Source: Ptychomitrium polyphyllum
Lineage: Eukaryota
Direction of reading: 5' to 3'
NCBI GenBank assembly: GCA_973851085.1
Contig: OZ316776.1
Coordinates: forward strand, 2,666,001 to 2,730,000
DNA: 64,000 nt
Shown: one piece after another, positions 1 through 14,314 of the stretch
How positions within the stretch are numbered: the first letter of the stretch is position 1
Layout: each line of letters begins with the position of its first letter
Notes under the pieces: generated by a model
The model's input: only the letters and a program-made list of their open reading frames with translations
Told to the model about the DNA's origin: nothing
The model's database searches: none
Made by a program: the position numbers and the translations under genes

Positions 1-48
1 AGGCTGCATTGCATCGAGGTTCTTAGAATGTGCATTATACCCGTGCAG

Positions 49-1585
49 GTGCAGAGGCCGCCCATGGAGGCTTGGTACATGGATGATTCAGCGGAAGACC
101 AACGAAAGCCTCATTACCGGAACCCACCGGAGTATGTTTCACTGGAAAAGCTTAGAGGTGCGTCAGTGGCAAATGCTTGTCTTATCGAAGTGAAGTCTGC
201 TTCTCAATGACATGGATTAGTATGAGGTTTAGAGCTTGAATTTTCTCTCCCAGCCTTGATCTGGGGCACGGCATTTCCAGGTTTGTTTGTACTCTTAATG
301 TTTGACCTCAGCTTTGTGATTGATTTCTTCTGCCGTTCAATAGTGCATATATTGAGTTGCTTGATGTGCTATGTTCTCACTAGCCAGGCTGCTTTGTTTT
401 TCACTTGTTCTCCAGAGCTCGGTGTACTTCATTGGGTGCTTGATGCTGATAGTTACGAAACTGATCCTGAACTGAAAAAAATTCGAAAAGAGAGAGGGTA
501 TAACTTTGAGGTTAGTCTTTATTCTCTCTTGTTTGGATTGCTTTGACGTGAAAGCCTGTCCTAGTGGATTGTTGTGTTGCCTTCCTGTTCTGTTATTACC
601 CTGTGACCTGAAGGCGCATGTTTGGGTTTGATAGGACTTCATAGAGGTGTGTCCTGAAAAGCTACCCGATTATGAGATGAAAATCAAGACCTTTTTTGAG
701 GAGCACATACATACGGACGAAGAGATTCGTTACTGCTTGGATGGTAGTGGTGAGTATCAGAGATCGATGTCTTTTCTGCTCTAATTGCTGCGTACGCTTT
801 CCATTATTTGTGTAATTCTGAATTTATCTATATATATTAATGAGTCGGTTAGATTTTTTTGTTAAGTTGTAATTAGTATTATTGATTCGCTACTGAGCAA
901 CCTATATCACTCTAGTCTACCGGTACAGCTATTTATTTCATGTACTATTAGTGAAGCTCATGGGTTACAATTTGTCTTGGTATTGTATTTCCAGATTCAT
1001 GATTGATGTTATGTTACAGGCTACTTTGATGTTCGCGACCCAGGAGACCGTTGGATCCGGATATGGGTGCACAAAGGAGACATGATTGTGTTGCCTGCAG
1101 GGTGTTACCATCGCTTTACTCTCGATGAGAACAATTACCTCAAGGTAGACATGGCTAACTATCTGTGGCTCTTCTTCCACAAGAGTTTATGCAGGCATGA
1201 GTCGTGTAGATTGACACGTCATAGTATGTGCTACTAGACGTTGATATCCTAATGCAGAAACTGTGTTGTTCATTGAGGTACTTAAACGTAGTTTGAACTA
1301 TTTGCGGCAGGCAATGAGGCTGTTCATTGGTGAACCTATCTGGACCCCATACAATCGTCCTCAAGATGAGCATCCCGTGAGGTGAATGTCGAATTTCAGA
1401 AACTGTTCTAGTTATCTGCATTTTTAGTTACTAGCTTGATTACTGTCTTGATTAATTGTATCTAACTTTTTAGAGAACATTCATTTAGCAGCTTCTGATG
1501 AAACTGTTCTGTGCACTGCTCCAGAAAGGATTACATCGACCAATTCCTCAAGCTTCATAAAATGGACATGTCATTGGCAGTTTAG
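49..1585 (+). CDS. ARD: Acireductone dioxygenase (cupin, methionine salvage); 6 exons seen, 5' end may lie upstream of window
   Basis: Phase-consistent GT-AG exons 49-157, 416-510, 635-749, 1020-1144, 1311-1381, 1525-1585. Translation includes [60 protein letters not shown] and [17 protein letters not shown], with the HxH..E..H metal ligands intact. Stop TAG at 1583-1585. Confidence 0.96.
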
Positions 1586-4500
1586 CATTCTCTAACTCAA
1601 TAAAGATAAAGTAGTATAGTATTAATTTTCGACAGAGGGTTTTGACACATGCAACTCTACATTGAAACCGAAAATCCTATCGTGGTGATTCTGACGTGCA
1701 TGGTATGAAGAAAACTATCATGGGCCTGAATAGTTAGGCAGAGAAGCTGAAACGCAGAAGCCCAATACATGCAAATATGTGTAGAGGAGCTTTGGCTTCT
1801 GCAGTGGAACTTCACAATAAAATAAGAGCAATGGTTCGCCCATCTTTTTGTGGCGTAGATCTAAATTTTTGGACTCTGGTTCTGTTCGTTATTTTGGTTG
1901 TGTTTCACTTGCTGTTGCATGTTTGCCTTGTGAGGGTGTGGGAATCAGGTGGCTGTTCAGTAGTAGCGTTAGTACTGTCAAGATTACGCAATGTGCAGCA
2001 TATTCGTCTAACATCGTTCTAATATCCAAAATCCAATTCTAAACACTGTTTTCTGTGTTGTAGCAGATGGTTTAAAACTAGCCTGAGAAACTAGATTCAA
2101 GTTCACTAATTCCAGATTGGTATTCTTTGAGGATTTAAAGTCGTGGCCGAATATCTTGGAGGAGATTGTTCAACTCGTGTATTTGTAAGATTTTATTGCA
2201 ATCTTGATTTTGCCATTAACGTTAGAGTTCGCGCTTTGAAGTTCTGACTCCATCTTGAACATGACGGACCTCTGTTCCTTCCAAGCTGGACATTCGGATC
2301 CTGAGGATCACGAGACTTTACAGAAGAAAATATGTAGGATGAATCCGCAGCCGCAAATACTTCTACACGCACAATGAGATCCAAATCTCTAGGGCGGAAG
2401 CCAATGAAGGCGGTGCAGCTAGTGGTCACGGTACTTTCACCCTGTTCAGCATTCTAGGATCAACAACGTTTTAGAATTTTCCACCACCGGAGGATGGCTT
2501 CGATTTCGAATCCATGGTAGTACGGCCCAAACCTCCTAGAGCAGTACTACATGGGTCGCCAGCCTCGCAACTAAGTGGGATGCGTACACGACCGATTACA
2601 TTGAAATGGTTGCCGTGGATCCTTGCACTCTGAATGGAACGTCGAGCTGGTTCGCTACAGACAGTTTAAGATCACCTCGAGAAGGTGGGATGCGAAGAAA
2701 GCCAAATCTGTATATCTGACTCTAATCCTCTATCACATTCCTTCAAAGTACTGGTCATGCTTAGCGTGAACAAGTACAGACACAGAATTTCTACTCAAGT
2801 TTTGTGCATCGAGTTTTGGATGGAGATGGCATATCCTCGAGTTGTAGTTGGTACTAAAGAATGTTGAAATCATATTACAGTTTACGATCACTGTCTGCCT
2901 CGGAAGCAGTAAAGCTCGGTACCATATCAGTATGCAATATACAACTTCTTAACACAATACACTTATGAGTCCTCAGACGAATTGGCCTAAATGAAGTTAT
3001 GGAAGTATTGCACGACGTTTGGCGGAATGTTCAATGTTATGCTGCTATCTTAATCGTCCACGTGCCTGTTAGACCTAGCTAAGGTTAACGGTCATATCAT
3101 CATTTCTAGATGTGCGCTAGGGAAACATCGCGTTTGACAATCGTGAACAATTGCTCCTTTGCCGTATTTTCACATCATCAGATCTGCTACGATGACATAT
3201 AACATTGACGAAGAGTTGAAACCAAGATATGACAGACGAATCGTGAACACATGATAGAACATCATCAGATCGGGACTGAACAAGAGCGAATAGGTGAAAA
3301 ATGCAATTCTACGTAACTGCTATTCAATTCAAAGATATGGGTCTAACGCAAACGTTACAGCGGAGCTCAGATTGACAAAAGAGACCCAACGGCAATGTGC
3401 CTCATCATCTTCTAACAAAAAATGGTTTCTATGCTATCTAATACCCAGTATCGTTCAGTATGGGTGATGCCGAACTGCCATAGCATAGCAGAGAAGGAAG
3501 AATGCCTGGGTGTACGACTGCGAGGGTCCCGAGACGTGAGAGTAATAGAAACTCGACTGCATCGCTTGGTAGTCGAGTTGTGAAAGAGTTGGCTGTAGAA
3601 AAGAGGAATCCGAGGATGGAGAAGGTCGTCAAATTTGGAGAGAGGCCGCGAAATGGAAGAGTTTGGAGAGAGAAAGAAAGCGAAGGCAGACATGAATATC
3701 GAGACACCCAGGCAAGGAAAGATGTCACGGGAGAAGAAAGGAAGGCGATTAACTCCAATAACAGCCTTCACTTGATGCGCATTCAGCCTACTCTCCTTCG
3801 ATCAGACGACTCCATAGAAAACCCGTTCCATGCACACCGCCGCTACATCCTCTAGCCTGTCATTACAAACACACCCACACACAAAACAGAACCCACGTAT
3901 CCAAGCAACGCAAGCAACAATAGATGCAAGCACAAATAAAGCAACAACATCCCTTACCATCTGAAAACCAAAATCTAGCACTACTTCTGTTGAAATTCAT
4001 TGTGACAATGTACAGTAGTCCTCTGTTTCTCTCAATCTTCGTTGATAATCCCTGACGAACCTACAGTGTGAATGACAAATGTCTGCCAGAAGGTCACTTC
4101 TGTAAAGGGAATAGGCACAGCCGTGCTGGGATCGACATGATATTCGAAGGATGTGTGATTCTTCCATGTCGATGCCAGTCCTGAATCACTACTCGATTTC
4201 CTGTGTCATGACCCAGCGCATTCTTGCGCACTAATCAGCCATAAGCAGAGGATACGACGTATGATTACCAACTCTAAAGCTTAAAATACTCGGTTCACTA
4301 CTAACCAATACTTACACGACGAGTTTCTTTTCATCTTGGTCCGAATCATCTTCACAGAAGCTTTACAACTCCGTGCAATTACTCTTGACAAATCCAATCT
4401 GAAGTTAATGACATCTATCTGAATTTAATGAACTGGTCAATCAAATCCACCCACTAATCAACCCTTTTGACGCAAAAAAATATAGAGGTAACCTGACTTA

Positions 4501-4666
4501 GCCATTCTGAAGCAAACCTCCTCACTCTGAAGCTTTAGTTCCACGCTTTCCAAATCGTAGACATTCCAGAGCCATCTCCTGACCAGCCGAAGCCAGATAC
4601 TTCCGGGAAAAGTCTCATCATGGTGCAGCAATTGAAAGAACAAATGCTGAACATTAAGATGTGAGT

Positions 4667-5384
4667 TTACCGGATGCTGAGGTCGTGCGTGTAGCACGTC
4701 CGCTGCACGGGCATGGAGATAGAGCGCGACACCGAGCGGGAGACGGAGTTGGAGAGCTGCGGTTGGAGAGCGCGAGCGCCCGTGAGGTAGAAGCGGAACA
4801 CTTGGACCGCGGACGAGAAGGCATTGAAAGGGTTCAGAGCCATGGTGAGCACAGACAGACGGGGTAGGAAACGGGAGAACGATTGCGTCCACGGAGTACT
4901 CTGCGAATGGCGCTTGTTGAAGGAATCAGATGGGAGCAGGTACGCACGCGCTGCCTTCTCCACCAAGCGGTTGCGCATCGGCGTCCGTGGGGAAACCACC
5001 CTCTCCACCATGGGCGAACCGGGAATGGGAATAATCTCCGCTAGGCTTGTGTAACACGGCAGCGAAGCTGGAATTGGATTCGGTTTACAAATCGGGGTTG
5101 GAATCGCGGTTGCAATTGGCCGCAGCCCACGCTTGGGCGTTAGCGCAAGGTCGGACAATGTAATCCTCGGCTGCACCTGAGACTGGAAAGCACACAAACA
5201 GACACACCTCAATTAGCTTCACACGAAGCCGCATACATTGCAGAATGCAAAGAAAAGGAAAACCTTTGTAAGTAGAGTACAATGCTTGTTAGAATCCGCT
5301 GCGACCTTCACATACCTTCAGAGCCTCAGGAGCTCGCCTCCTGAGCAAAGTGTTTGGGCAGCGCTCTAGAAGCGCACGCTCCAT
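4667..5384 (-). CDS. Small plant protein of unknown function (~192 aa), 2 coding exons
   Basis: Exon 5384-5316 (MERALLERCPNTLLRRRAPEALK, donor GTATGT) joins in phase to exon 5176-4667. It contains YTSLAEIIP and PMRNRLVEKAARAYLLP, resembling a family of short uncharacterised land-plant proteins. The 3' end may splice further because the stop overlaps a possible donor CG|GTAAAC. Confidence 0.7.
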
Positions 5385-8128
5385 CTGTACACAGGAACAC
5401 CAACACCAACTCTAACGCATTAGCCAGAAGTCGAAGCTAATTCCCCAACATTTTTCAAAAATTGGGTTCCATCACTCCACATTGAACTGGCAGTGTACAA
5501 GTTCCACTGAACTAGATAGCGACGCCCTGCAACCTAAACCTGTTCATCCCAAATTTGCCAATAACCAGAGCTCTCCTCTAAATTTGATGAAACCCAGTTG
5601 CTCCGTTCCTTGAAAAATCATCACTTGCTTGGCAGCGCAAGCCACATTGTTGGAATCCGGGGGTGCATGCTTACGTGAACCGCAGAAGCTGCACGCCAAC
5701 TCATTGTGGCAGGGGCAAGACGGGGGGCTGGAGGAGTAAAGCTCACGAAGACGAGGGAGTGAAGCTGGGAGCGCGCCCTTTTGATGTGGGGGCGCCGGGA
5801 TGTGTTTGCGCTACGAGATCACCGCGAGAGCTGCCAGTCGACTCTGCTCGTCACGAGCCAACGGTTCCACGTCCGTCGCGCTCGCGGCCCCAAACGGTCG
5901 CTGACGAATAATCACTTACTAATTTCGTTTACCTCCTATCCCCCACGACGCCTGCACTGTAGAATCCCCAAGAGTACACGCGCATTGTAGATCATCAGAA
6001 AGTCGTCACAAAATCATCACAAAATCATCGGAAATCATTTTCAAACTCATCTGAGATCATCATCGCCTCTGTGCATATGTGTTTTTAAGAACAGTCAAGT
6101 ATTTTGATGAAGTATTCGATTCTGCGAGGGAACTGGGTTCTGAGAGTGGGGATGCTAAATTGTAGTCCTTCGCTTAGCTGGTTTCCAGGGAGCGTCTTCC
6201 CGCTTCCAGAATAATCAAATATCTTCGGAACCAATTCTAGTCGATTCTGAGCATTTTCGTTGGTTTCTGTGCGTCGTGGACTCCCTCTTCTTGCGTTGAA
6301 ATCAGAAAAAAATAAACCTTGGGATTTGGAATTTCTCGACCGTATTCTATTACCGTGTTATGTCTGATGGTAGTTTCTAAAGAATCTGCTTGCAACCATC
6401 GCGTCGCCATGCATGTGTCATGACATTGGATCAGTATTTTTCGTCGAAGGCAACCTCATCGTCACAGTTATCAGTGAGTGAGTTCTTGGTTGAATATTTC
6501 CTAGCAAAACAGTTAACCTGTTATGTTCACCAAATCTTTGGGCCTCTTTTGCCAATGATTTGAGTTCGTTATACGTGACTTTTTTTTGTTCCATGCCTCA
6601 TGAGTCATGGGGCCACCATTTTCAACTACTGTATAGCCTATCACGAAATCAACGTTTAGTAATCTGATGATCGATTCCACTTCCAGAAAATGAGGTGGCA
6701 TAAATTTAGAGCATAAGTTTAGCCTGGAACTAATTACCACTACCATGAGTCGTCATGAACAGGATTCTTGAAGGAACCAGTTTCAATCGAAAAGTGATTA
6801 CAGTCTTAACTTCAAGTACGTGCAGTAAACTAGTCAATGGAAATTTAAAGGACCATGATTTAAGTCTGGAGCGAACGACCATGCTATGTAATTATGATTC
6901 TTCTAAACCTGTATTTATTATTGAAGCTTGAAAGATCATATACTAACTTTACAAGCAGCTAGAAAGTCTTCCACTGCCTGCAATGATATCCACCTTCTAG
7001 TGCCAAATATCAATTGGTGAGGTTCCAGAACATTACTTCAACGAAAAAATAAGACAAAGGCCAGAAAGTCCCTTACTGTACACTGAGTCCAGAATCTCGA
7101 AGACAGCCATATTGAGCAACACTGTGAAAGCAGAAGCTGGCATGAACTATGAACATGATTGGCTTCTTCGTCCTTTTCTTGCGCCTTTTCGCCTGCTTGG
7201 ACACAAATAGAGAAATCGGCTTCTCCAGCATCCTTCCCAACTCCCAGCACTTTAAAACTCCGCCAAATTCAGCCGTCCACATGGGCTAGATGGAATAGCC
7301 ACACCCCAAATTTAGCGGCAGTCAAATCTTGATCCAACGTTGCAGGCACGCTCTGATTCTTGTCTAAATATAGTCGTCGTCTAACAGAACTTCACATGCT
7401 TTCGTCCACTTCCAGAGCTTCATCCAGCATCTGAGAATGGAAAGAAGTCGTTGTGGCATAATATGGATGAAAATCGTTCAATCCACCTCGTTACCCTTAT
7501 TTCGGACTCACATCTCCCATGCTGGCTAGACTTCCCTACAGTTAGGGCTAATTGGATTCTGATTTGCAGGTGATAAAGCAAAAATTATTGTGTTACTTAT
7601 CTTTGATTTGGATCATAGAGGGCACGTGGTTGCTTCAGGTTGCTGCTGTTAACGTTGGAAACTTAGGTGTTGAGCTTATTGATGAGATTGCAATCTGCTG
7701 ACTCAAGTTGGGGTTAGTAGTGAGAGCTTTTATGTGGCGCTCTGTGAGGTCAAAATATCATTGATTGAGGAGAAGGGTCATTTGATGTATAATCCGTTGG
7801 GAGGAAGGTAGTGGACCTTGGGGGAATGCCGGTCGTTATGAGTTGGGTGGTCCCCCCATCCATCCAAAAGAGTAAATATTCGCTGTTGGTGGGGGTTTAT
7901 GAGGCGTAATGAAGACGCCCTATTGGAATCTTTATCAGTTGTCAGAGAAGCTGAGCCTTGAGATTTGTTCAGCTACTGAACTTTGCTAGGCTTTTAAAGT
8001 TCTTAAGTCGTCGTATGATCAAATATTTAGGTTGTGTGATTAGGGCTCTGTCTTGTTATTGGGCACCTTGTTTGCTCATTGTGATGCTAACCAGGACCAT
8101 TGGAACATGCACTGCTGAAACAGCGGTG

Positions 8129-8226
8129 TACCGTTCTGCATGAAATACCGTCTACCATTCTGCATGAAGTACCGTCTACCATTCTGCATGAAGTACCGTC
8201 TACCATTCTGCATGAAGTACCGTCTA
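8129..8226. repeat. 24-bp tandem repeat, 4 copies
   Basis: Unit TACCATTCTGCATGAAGTACCGTC at 8129, 8153, 8177, 8201; the first copy has 2 mismatches. Confidence 0.95.
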
Positions 8227-8899
8227 GTCAAGCCACTAATATACATACACATCTCCAGGTAAATCTCACAAGATTTGCCTAATTATAAGTATTCACTAAA
8301 TGTGCCTAATGGTAAATCCATGCATAGCAAGTTAATGGTATGTAGTTGTACAACTGCCTTCTAATTAAATACTGAGTTCTTATAACTTAGTGCAAAAGAA
8401 AAAAAAGATTTCAAAAATAAAGGCAAAGTTCATAAAAGACATCCATTATCTTCAAGTCAAATCATAAATAGAAGAATAAATTGGGTGCATTGGGATCCAA
8501 TTCTCAATTATTCCTAATGTTGTTGGACTCCATTTTTTAATCAAATATTAACATCATGATCTCATCATTTACACCATGATATAACACATTGTTGTAATGT
8601 AAGCCAATTAATGATTATAACTTGTTGTTAGAACTATATAATTAAATAAATGAGTTGTATATTCAATTGATTACCTTACTATGATTGATGGAAGGTTCCA
8701 AATTAGTTTTGAAAATGTTAATAGACAACAAAAGCTAAACAATTGTGAACCAAATTAGATATTAAGAAAGCAAAAGCTTTAAATAAAGAATGTCATTTGA
8801 TAAAAGCTTAAAGAAAATACAAAATAAGAAGGCAATAATAGTATCTTATTTTTAATTTATAAAAGAAGAAATATTAATTCTTAGCTTTTGATTTAAGGT

Positions 8900-11800
8900 G
8901 AATGACTAGTGTATTATATTAAAGCAAGCTTCTGGTTCAAAATTGTTGACAAGTTTTCTTCCTATGAGTAAAGTAGGAAGTGAAAAACTTGCAATGTTAA
9001 GGAAAAATGAAGTGTCAAAGTGAAGATGATCCAATAGGCTTGCAATTTTTTTAAAAGCAAAGTCTCCAAATCTTTTAGTGGTATGGTCATGAAACTTGGA
9101 GTACAATTTAATTAATGAGTCTTTTATATTATTGCAAAACTTCAAGGATTTATAACTTTTAATTTAGGATCTTTGCACAATTGAATAACTAAATGTAATA
9201 TTACAAAAATGGAATATTAGGCAAAAGGTAATTTAAGAAATTTTGCTTGGATTTTGATGGAAGTCTTGAAATAAACAAATACCAAAGGTAGGATTAAAAA
9301 GTATAAGTAGAACGTATGTAAGCAAAAAGGACCTTCATATCCATAAGCCTCATTCTTTTTTAAATCAACAATAAAGTTTCTCGATATTATTCTACTTACT
9401 ATTGAACAAATATTTTCCTATAAGGCTTGAATTGTAGTTTAAGCCATTAGCATCCAAAATTTGTAACTTTGCCTTATGGATTATCTAAAAATCATATTCT
9501 TGCAATATTAGAGTCTATTTAACTAGCTACTTCATTAACTTATTCTAGAAGTTAATGATTTATCATAAATTTGAAATTCCAATTTTAAAAGATAAAAATA
9601 AAAATGTGCATCATCCATACTATAGCTAAATATTCACTTTTATAAAATATATATTTGCCTTTTGCATCATTGTTGCTTCAATAAACATATACAATAAAAT
9701 ACTCTTTGCCGCCATTGTTCTTTAAAAATGTCAATATAATACCAATTTTTAGCATACTCCAATTTATATGGAGTTGAAAAGGCCATAGAACATCTTGCCA
9801 TTTAAGCACTAGTGCTAAATTTAATACTTTTTTTAGGGCCTAAACATTTTATTTTTATGAAAGACCACATTTATAACTAATTTTTTCCTATCAACAAAAT
9901 CAATTGTTAGTGAAGAATTAAAACTACAAACAAAATGTACAATAATAAATTTCTAGTTCCATGAAGGTTTTCATCTTTGACACGTCTGCAGAGATAAGGA
10001 TATTTTTAAGCTTTTGCTTTTGAATCTTGTACTCCAAGACCTTTTGATATAATCATTTGGTCTAAATAAGGCAATTGATTGTGGAAAAATTTACACTTTT
10101 TATAATATAAGCAAATACTCCATGCTTACAATTTTTTAGAATTGTTTACAAGTGCTTTACATGTTCTTCCAATATTTCATTTAAAACTATTATGTCATTA
10201 ATATAATATCAAGTAAATAACAAACCTTTCAGGAATTGATTTGTAGTGCATTAAAATTCCACTAAAGCCTTCTTTAAGCCAAATGTCAAGTACTTCCATT
10301 AAAAAACATTCTTCTTCCATCATCACCTATTTTTTAAAATACCATCTTCATCCTATCCTTTAAATTTCAATGGTAATTGGTTGTATAATTGATAGCCAAG
10401 TCCAATATAATAAGTGTTTTTTGACAATCTCATTAAATAATTCTATAGCTCTTAGCATTGGAAATCATAACTTTTTATTTTTTAATTAATATGATGGTAA
10501 TCTTTGCACATCTATTTCTTTGTCCAAATTCCAAAAATATACTCTTTGGCTAACACCACCATAGCACATGTATACCTTCCATTTAAAAATTCTACCAATT
10601 GAACTTCCAACAATTCCTTGCATCTTAGTATGATTCCATTTATTTGGGATAAATGAGCCTATATAGGCTTTCAAATACAAGATGTTCATCTTTTAACTAT
10701 GTTTAACTCGCTTGTCTTTATTACTTTCTAAATTATTAAGTTGAAAAGTAAAACATGTTATTTATAAGTAGATGAATGTTTGCACTTTTTATACCTTAGG
10801 TTTACTACGTCCCATTTCCATACTCATCTCCTGGTCCTTATTAACTAAAAATTATACCTTCTTATCTTAAATTAAATTCTTCATTTAAAAAATGACAGCT
10901 TTCAAAGATATTGTTCTAACATTTCTACCAATTCATGGCACTACTTAGTAAACTCTTTTGGTGATATTCATTGTAATATAGGATCGTTGGCATGCCAAAC
11001 AATTCTATCAACTTAACTAAGTGACTGTATATTTGGCATTATATATGAGTCTATAGAAAACATGTTTTCTTCACATAATGACTTTTTTATTAAAAATAAT
11101 TCTACAATACATCTGTATACTATATTTCCTTTTCAACCAAGTTCAAAAAGGTACCAAAGATGATGTAAAAAACTTCCTTTCATTCATTTCCTTGTGACCA
11201 TTGTTGTCAAGGTCATGCATCTTTTCTTTAAGTATTATAATTAAACCAATTGAACACAACATTGAACTATATCAATGGATATTATAAAAAGTTGGTGTTG
11301 TAACCAAGCAAGTAAATGCATTATTATATAATTTGAATTAAAGATATAAGGAATCTTTTGTAAGCCTTGTAGGCTTTTTCATGCCTTCTAAACATGTTGC
11401 AATTAAAAAAATATGGATCTGCGTCACTAGCAAAAAAATGAAACTTTCAGTTAGTAATTTTCTTAGCATATCAAGTTTAGCTTCTTGGTTAAGCAATATT
11501 TTCTATAGAAATACCTTTAAAGAAATTCTTAAGCCCTCAAATATACCAACCTAAAGTTGATTAAATAAAACACACTAGGCTTGAGTTGTCAACGCAATTG
11601 AATTGCTTTTATAAGAATGCTAGCCAATTAACTTGTAGCAACTTCAATATCAACCATTAGAATTCCATTCAAAGCCTATCCATTGTCAAATTCTTCTTGT
11701 GAAGGAAACAATCTGAGTACTTCTTCCAACATTGCAAGGCATTTGTTGCCTCTTTGGTAGAATTCCTTCTAATGTGTTCTTCATCCACAGCCATAAAAGA

Positions 11801-13700
11801 ATTTTTTATCTCCCCCTTGGCCACATTAGCAAATGTTTGAACTATGCTTTGATTAACCTCCCTATTATATGATAAAGTATAAAAGCATCAAATTCTCTAA
11901 AGCTTGATTAGGTTCCAAAAATTAATAAAATCTCCAATATTATAAGCACCAATTTATTTAACATATCTTCCTCTACATGTGCATCTTTCTTCTTGAAAAT
12001 TGTTCCTTGAAATGCACTAGAACTAGATCAATCAAACCAAATGTCAAAGGCAAATTGGGCCATCCAATACTATCCATTAGTCCATATTAATGCACATTAG
12101 GTTCAACTTATTCTATTACAAGGTCCTTCATCACATCGAGCATCCTTAATGGTCCACTCATTTGCAACCTTGTCATAATTGCACCTTCTACATTATCAAA
12201 GTTTTCCATATTCAATCCATCTTGTCTTTGTTGTAATAAATTCAAGTATGTTATCATTGGATTAGAAGCTACAAGAATAGACTTTGTTCATATTGTAACA
12301 ACTAGAGTTTAAGTGCATTACAATTTTCTATCTATGCTTTGAGATTGTTGCCCTTAGAAGTTAATCCACCTAGTATTGCAGCCTACAATACAAATCATTG
12401 GTATAACTATTGTCTTTAAAGTGGCACTTTAAACAACTTACTAATCCCACAAGGTTTAGCTACCTTAACAAGATGTCTTGTTAGCCAAGGTGCAACTCAG
12501 CCATTAAAATTTGTATTATCATCATCATCATTGTCAACACCATGCAAAGTCCTTATTATTGCAACACCTTCTTTAAGAAATGTGACCAACTCTATCCGAA
12601 TGCCCAATAATTCTATACTTTCTTAAGGTTATCTTTGTAATCTTCAAACTTCATGTCATATGATTATAATGCTACAAATTCTAAGTAATTTGGCAATTGT
12701 TGAAGTACACACCAATTGTTGAAGAGCAAATTGCAATGCTTCATTATTCTTTGTTATAATTGAAATCTTGTTTTCTAATAATTGAATGTCATGCCATCAT
12801 TTCTTCCAAATAACAGTTTTTAACCACAAATCTACCATCATGGTCTTCTATATTCTCACACACTTTTATTCTCTAACCTTTGGATGAATTGGCTATAAAA
12901 AAATAACAAGTCTATTTCTTCTTTGACATCCTTAATGTCAACCTCAACCTTATCTATAGTGCCACCTTTAGCAAACGTTTGAACTAGTACATTGTAGTCT
13001 TATTCACATGTCTTTGTTATGCACCACCAATCTTTTTTTATTGAAGTATCAAATCTTCAAAATATTCCCTATTGGCCTACTTTATTGAAGGCTTTAGGAT
13101 GGCTCAAGTATCTACATAGAGATAGGAAACCACATCATATGTGACAAGTACTTTGATGTCAATTAGATTTTTTTTAAGTTTAACATCTTGTAGTTCACCA
13201 GCCAATAATCTAGTATCATTGCAAGAACAAACAAGTTTAAACCATGGAAGTCATTAATTCCACTTTGTCATTAAAATCACAAAATAAGACCTAAGCTACC
13301 TCCAACATTAAAATTTGACTAGGTATTGAAGGCTTTGACATAGACTTTAGCATTTACAATCTTAAAATTAGTTTGGTTTTTGTAAAAAACCTAAAAGTTC
13401 TAAAATTTTGTATTTTTAGTTCTTCCTTCACTTTCAATGAGAATTTTAAAATCTTATAATCTTTTATAGTACAAAATATAAAAATCAAGCATTATTTTAG
13501 TTTTCAATTTCATGTAGACCAAATTTAAAATTCTAACACAAAGAAAAGGATAATAAATCTAATTATGCCTGTAAACACTACAAAAACAATGAAAAAACAA
13601 TGAAAGAAGATATTTAGAAACTTTGAAGTTAAGCAGAACGGAATGGAAAATACCTCAAAAATACCTCTCCAGCTTCTAAAAATTCAGCTCCTAAATAGAC
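8900..13700 (-). mobile_element. Heavily decayed Ty3/Gypsy LTR-retrotransposon remnant (RT and RNase H recognisable); boundaries approximate
   Basis: Minus-strand translation near 10300-10020 gives WKYLTFGLKKALVEF, YYINDIIV (decayed YIDD at ~10205-10194), EEHVKHL and KCKFFHNQLPYLDQMII. Near 9790-9500 it gives PFQLHINWSML..GKEYFIVY..SNN..EYLAIVW and LILQEYDF (RNase H). There are many stops and frameshifts, and the block is very AT-rich. Confidence 0.8.
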
Positions 13701-14314
13701 CATTTGGGATTTACCATACTGCCATCATTTGACATAACAACATCAATATCCCTATATAAAATATGATCCGTTTCAGTTTGCATTCTGGAAGAAGCTGAGT
13801 AGGCAGGCCCATGGGCACCACCCACCACCTAATGGGCGCCATAATGACTCAACTGCATTCATTTTAGAAACAAAATGCCAGTTCCTTGTACATGGCTCAA
13901 TGGAAACCATAAGCTAGAGCAATGAATAAGGACCACACAGGACCTATGTCTCAATTGAAACTCATTTTACAGTGACTTTACATTAGAACCACAATTAGCA
14001 CTTCAGAAAAATCGATGAGAACCACAAACAAATCCAGTTTTAAAAGGGCTCAATTATGATCACAAACAAGACCACTACCAACTGGAACCTTCATTTGACT
14101 GCAAAAGGTAGTTTCATTAAGCTTGTTCCACTAAAAATGGATAAGTCCTCTAATTTACTAGCACTTGGTGGTCCTAACAAGATGCCTTGATGAGCAGTTC
14201 CAGTGAGCAGAAATCTATATGGGCATGGGTGGTTGGATAGAGTATGAATCAATTCTACCAAAACTCCGCTGTAATAACCAGGATCAACCAATCTACCACA
14301 GTGTACTTGGGATT

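Noticed and set aside
2200..2720. GC-balanced, coding-looking stretch downstream of ARD
   Set aside because: All frames are interrupted by stops and no motif was recognised; it may be a pseudogene fragment but cannot be supported.
3412..3855. Overlapping 106-119 aa ORFs on both strands
   Set aside because: Purine/pyrimidine-skewed UTR-like sequence; no domain.
7038..7282. Short minus-strand ORFs with a basic KRRKKR stretch
   Set aside because: No recognisable family or consistent splice structure.
8129..8226. Repeat arrays as CRISPR
   Set aside because: Head-to-tail repeats without unique spacers, in a eukaryotic context with no cas genes; the same applies to 38165-38247.
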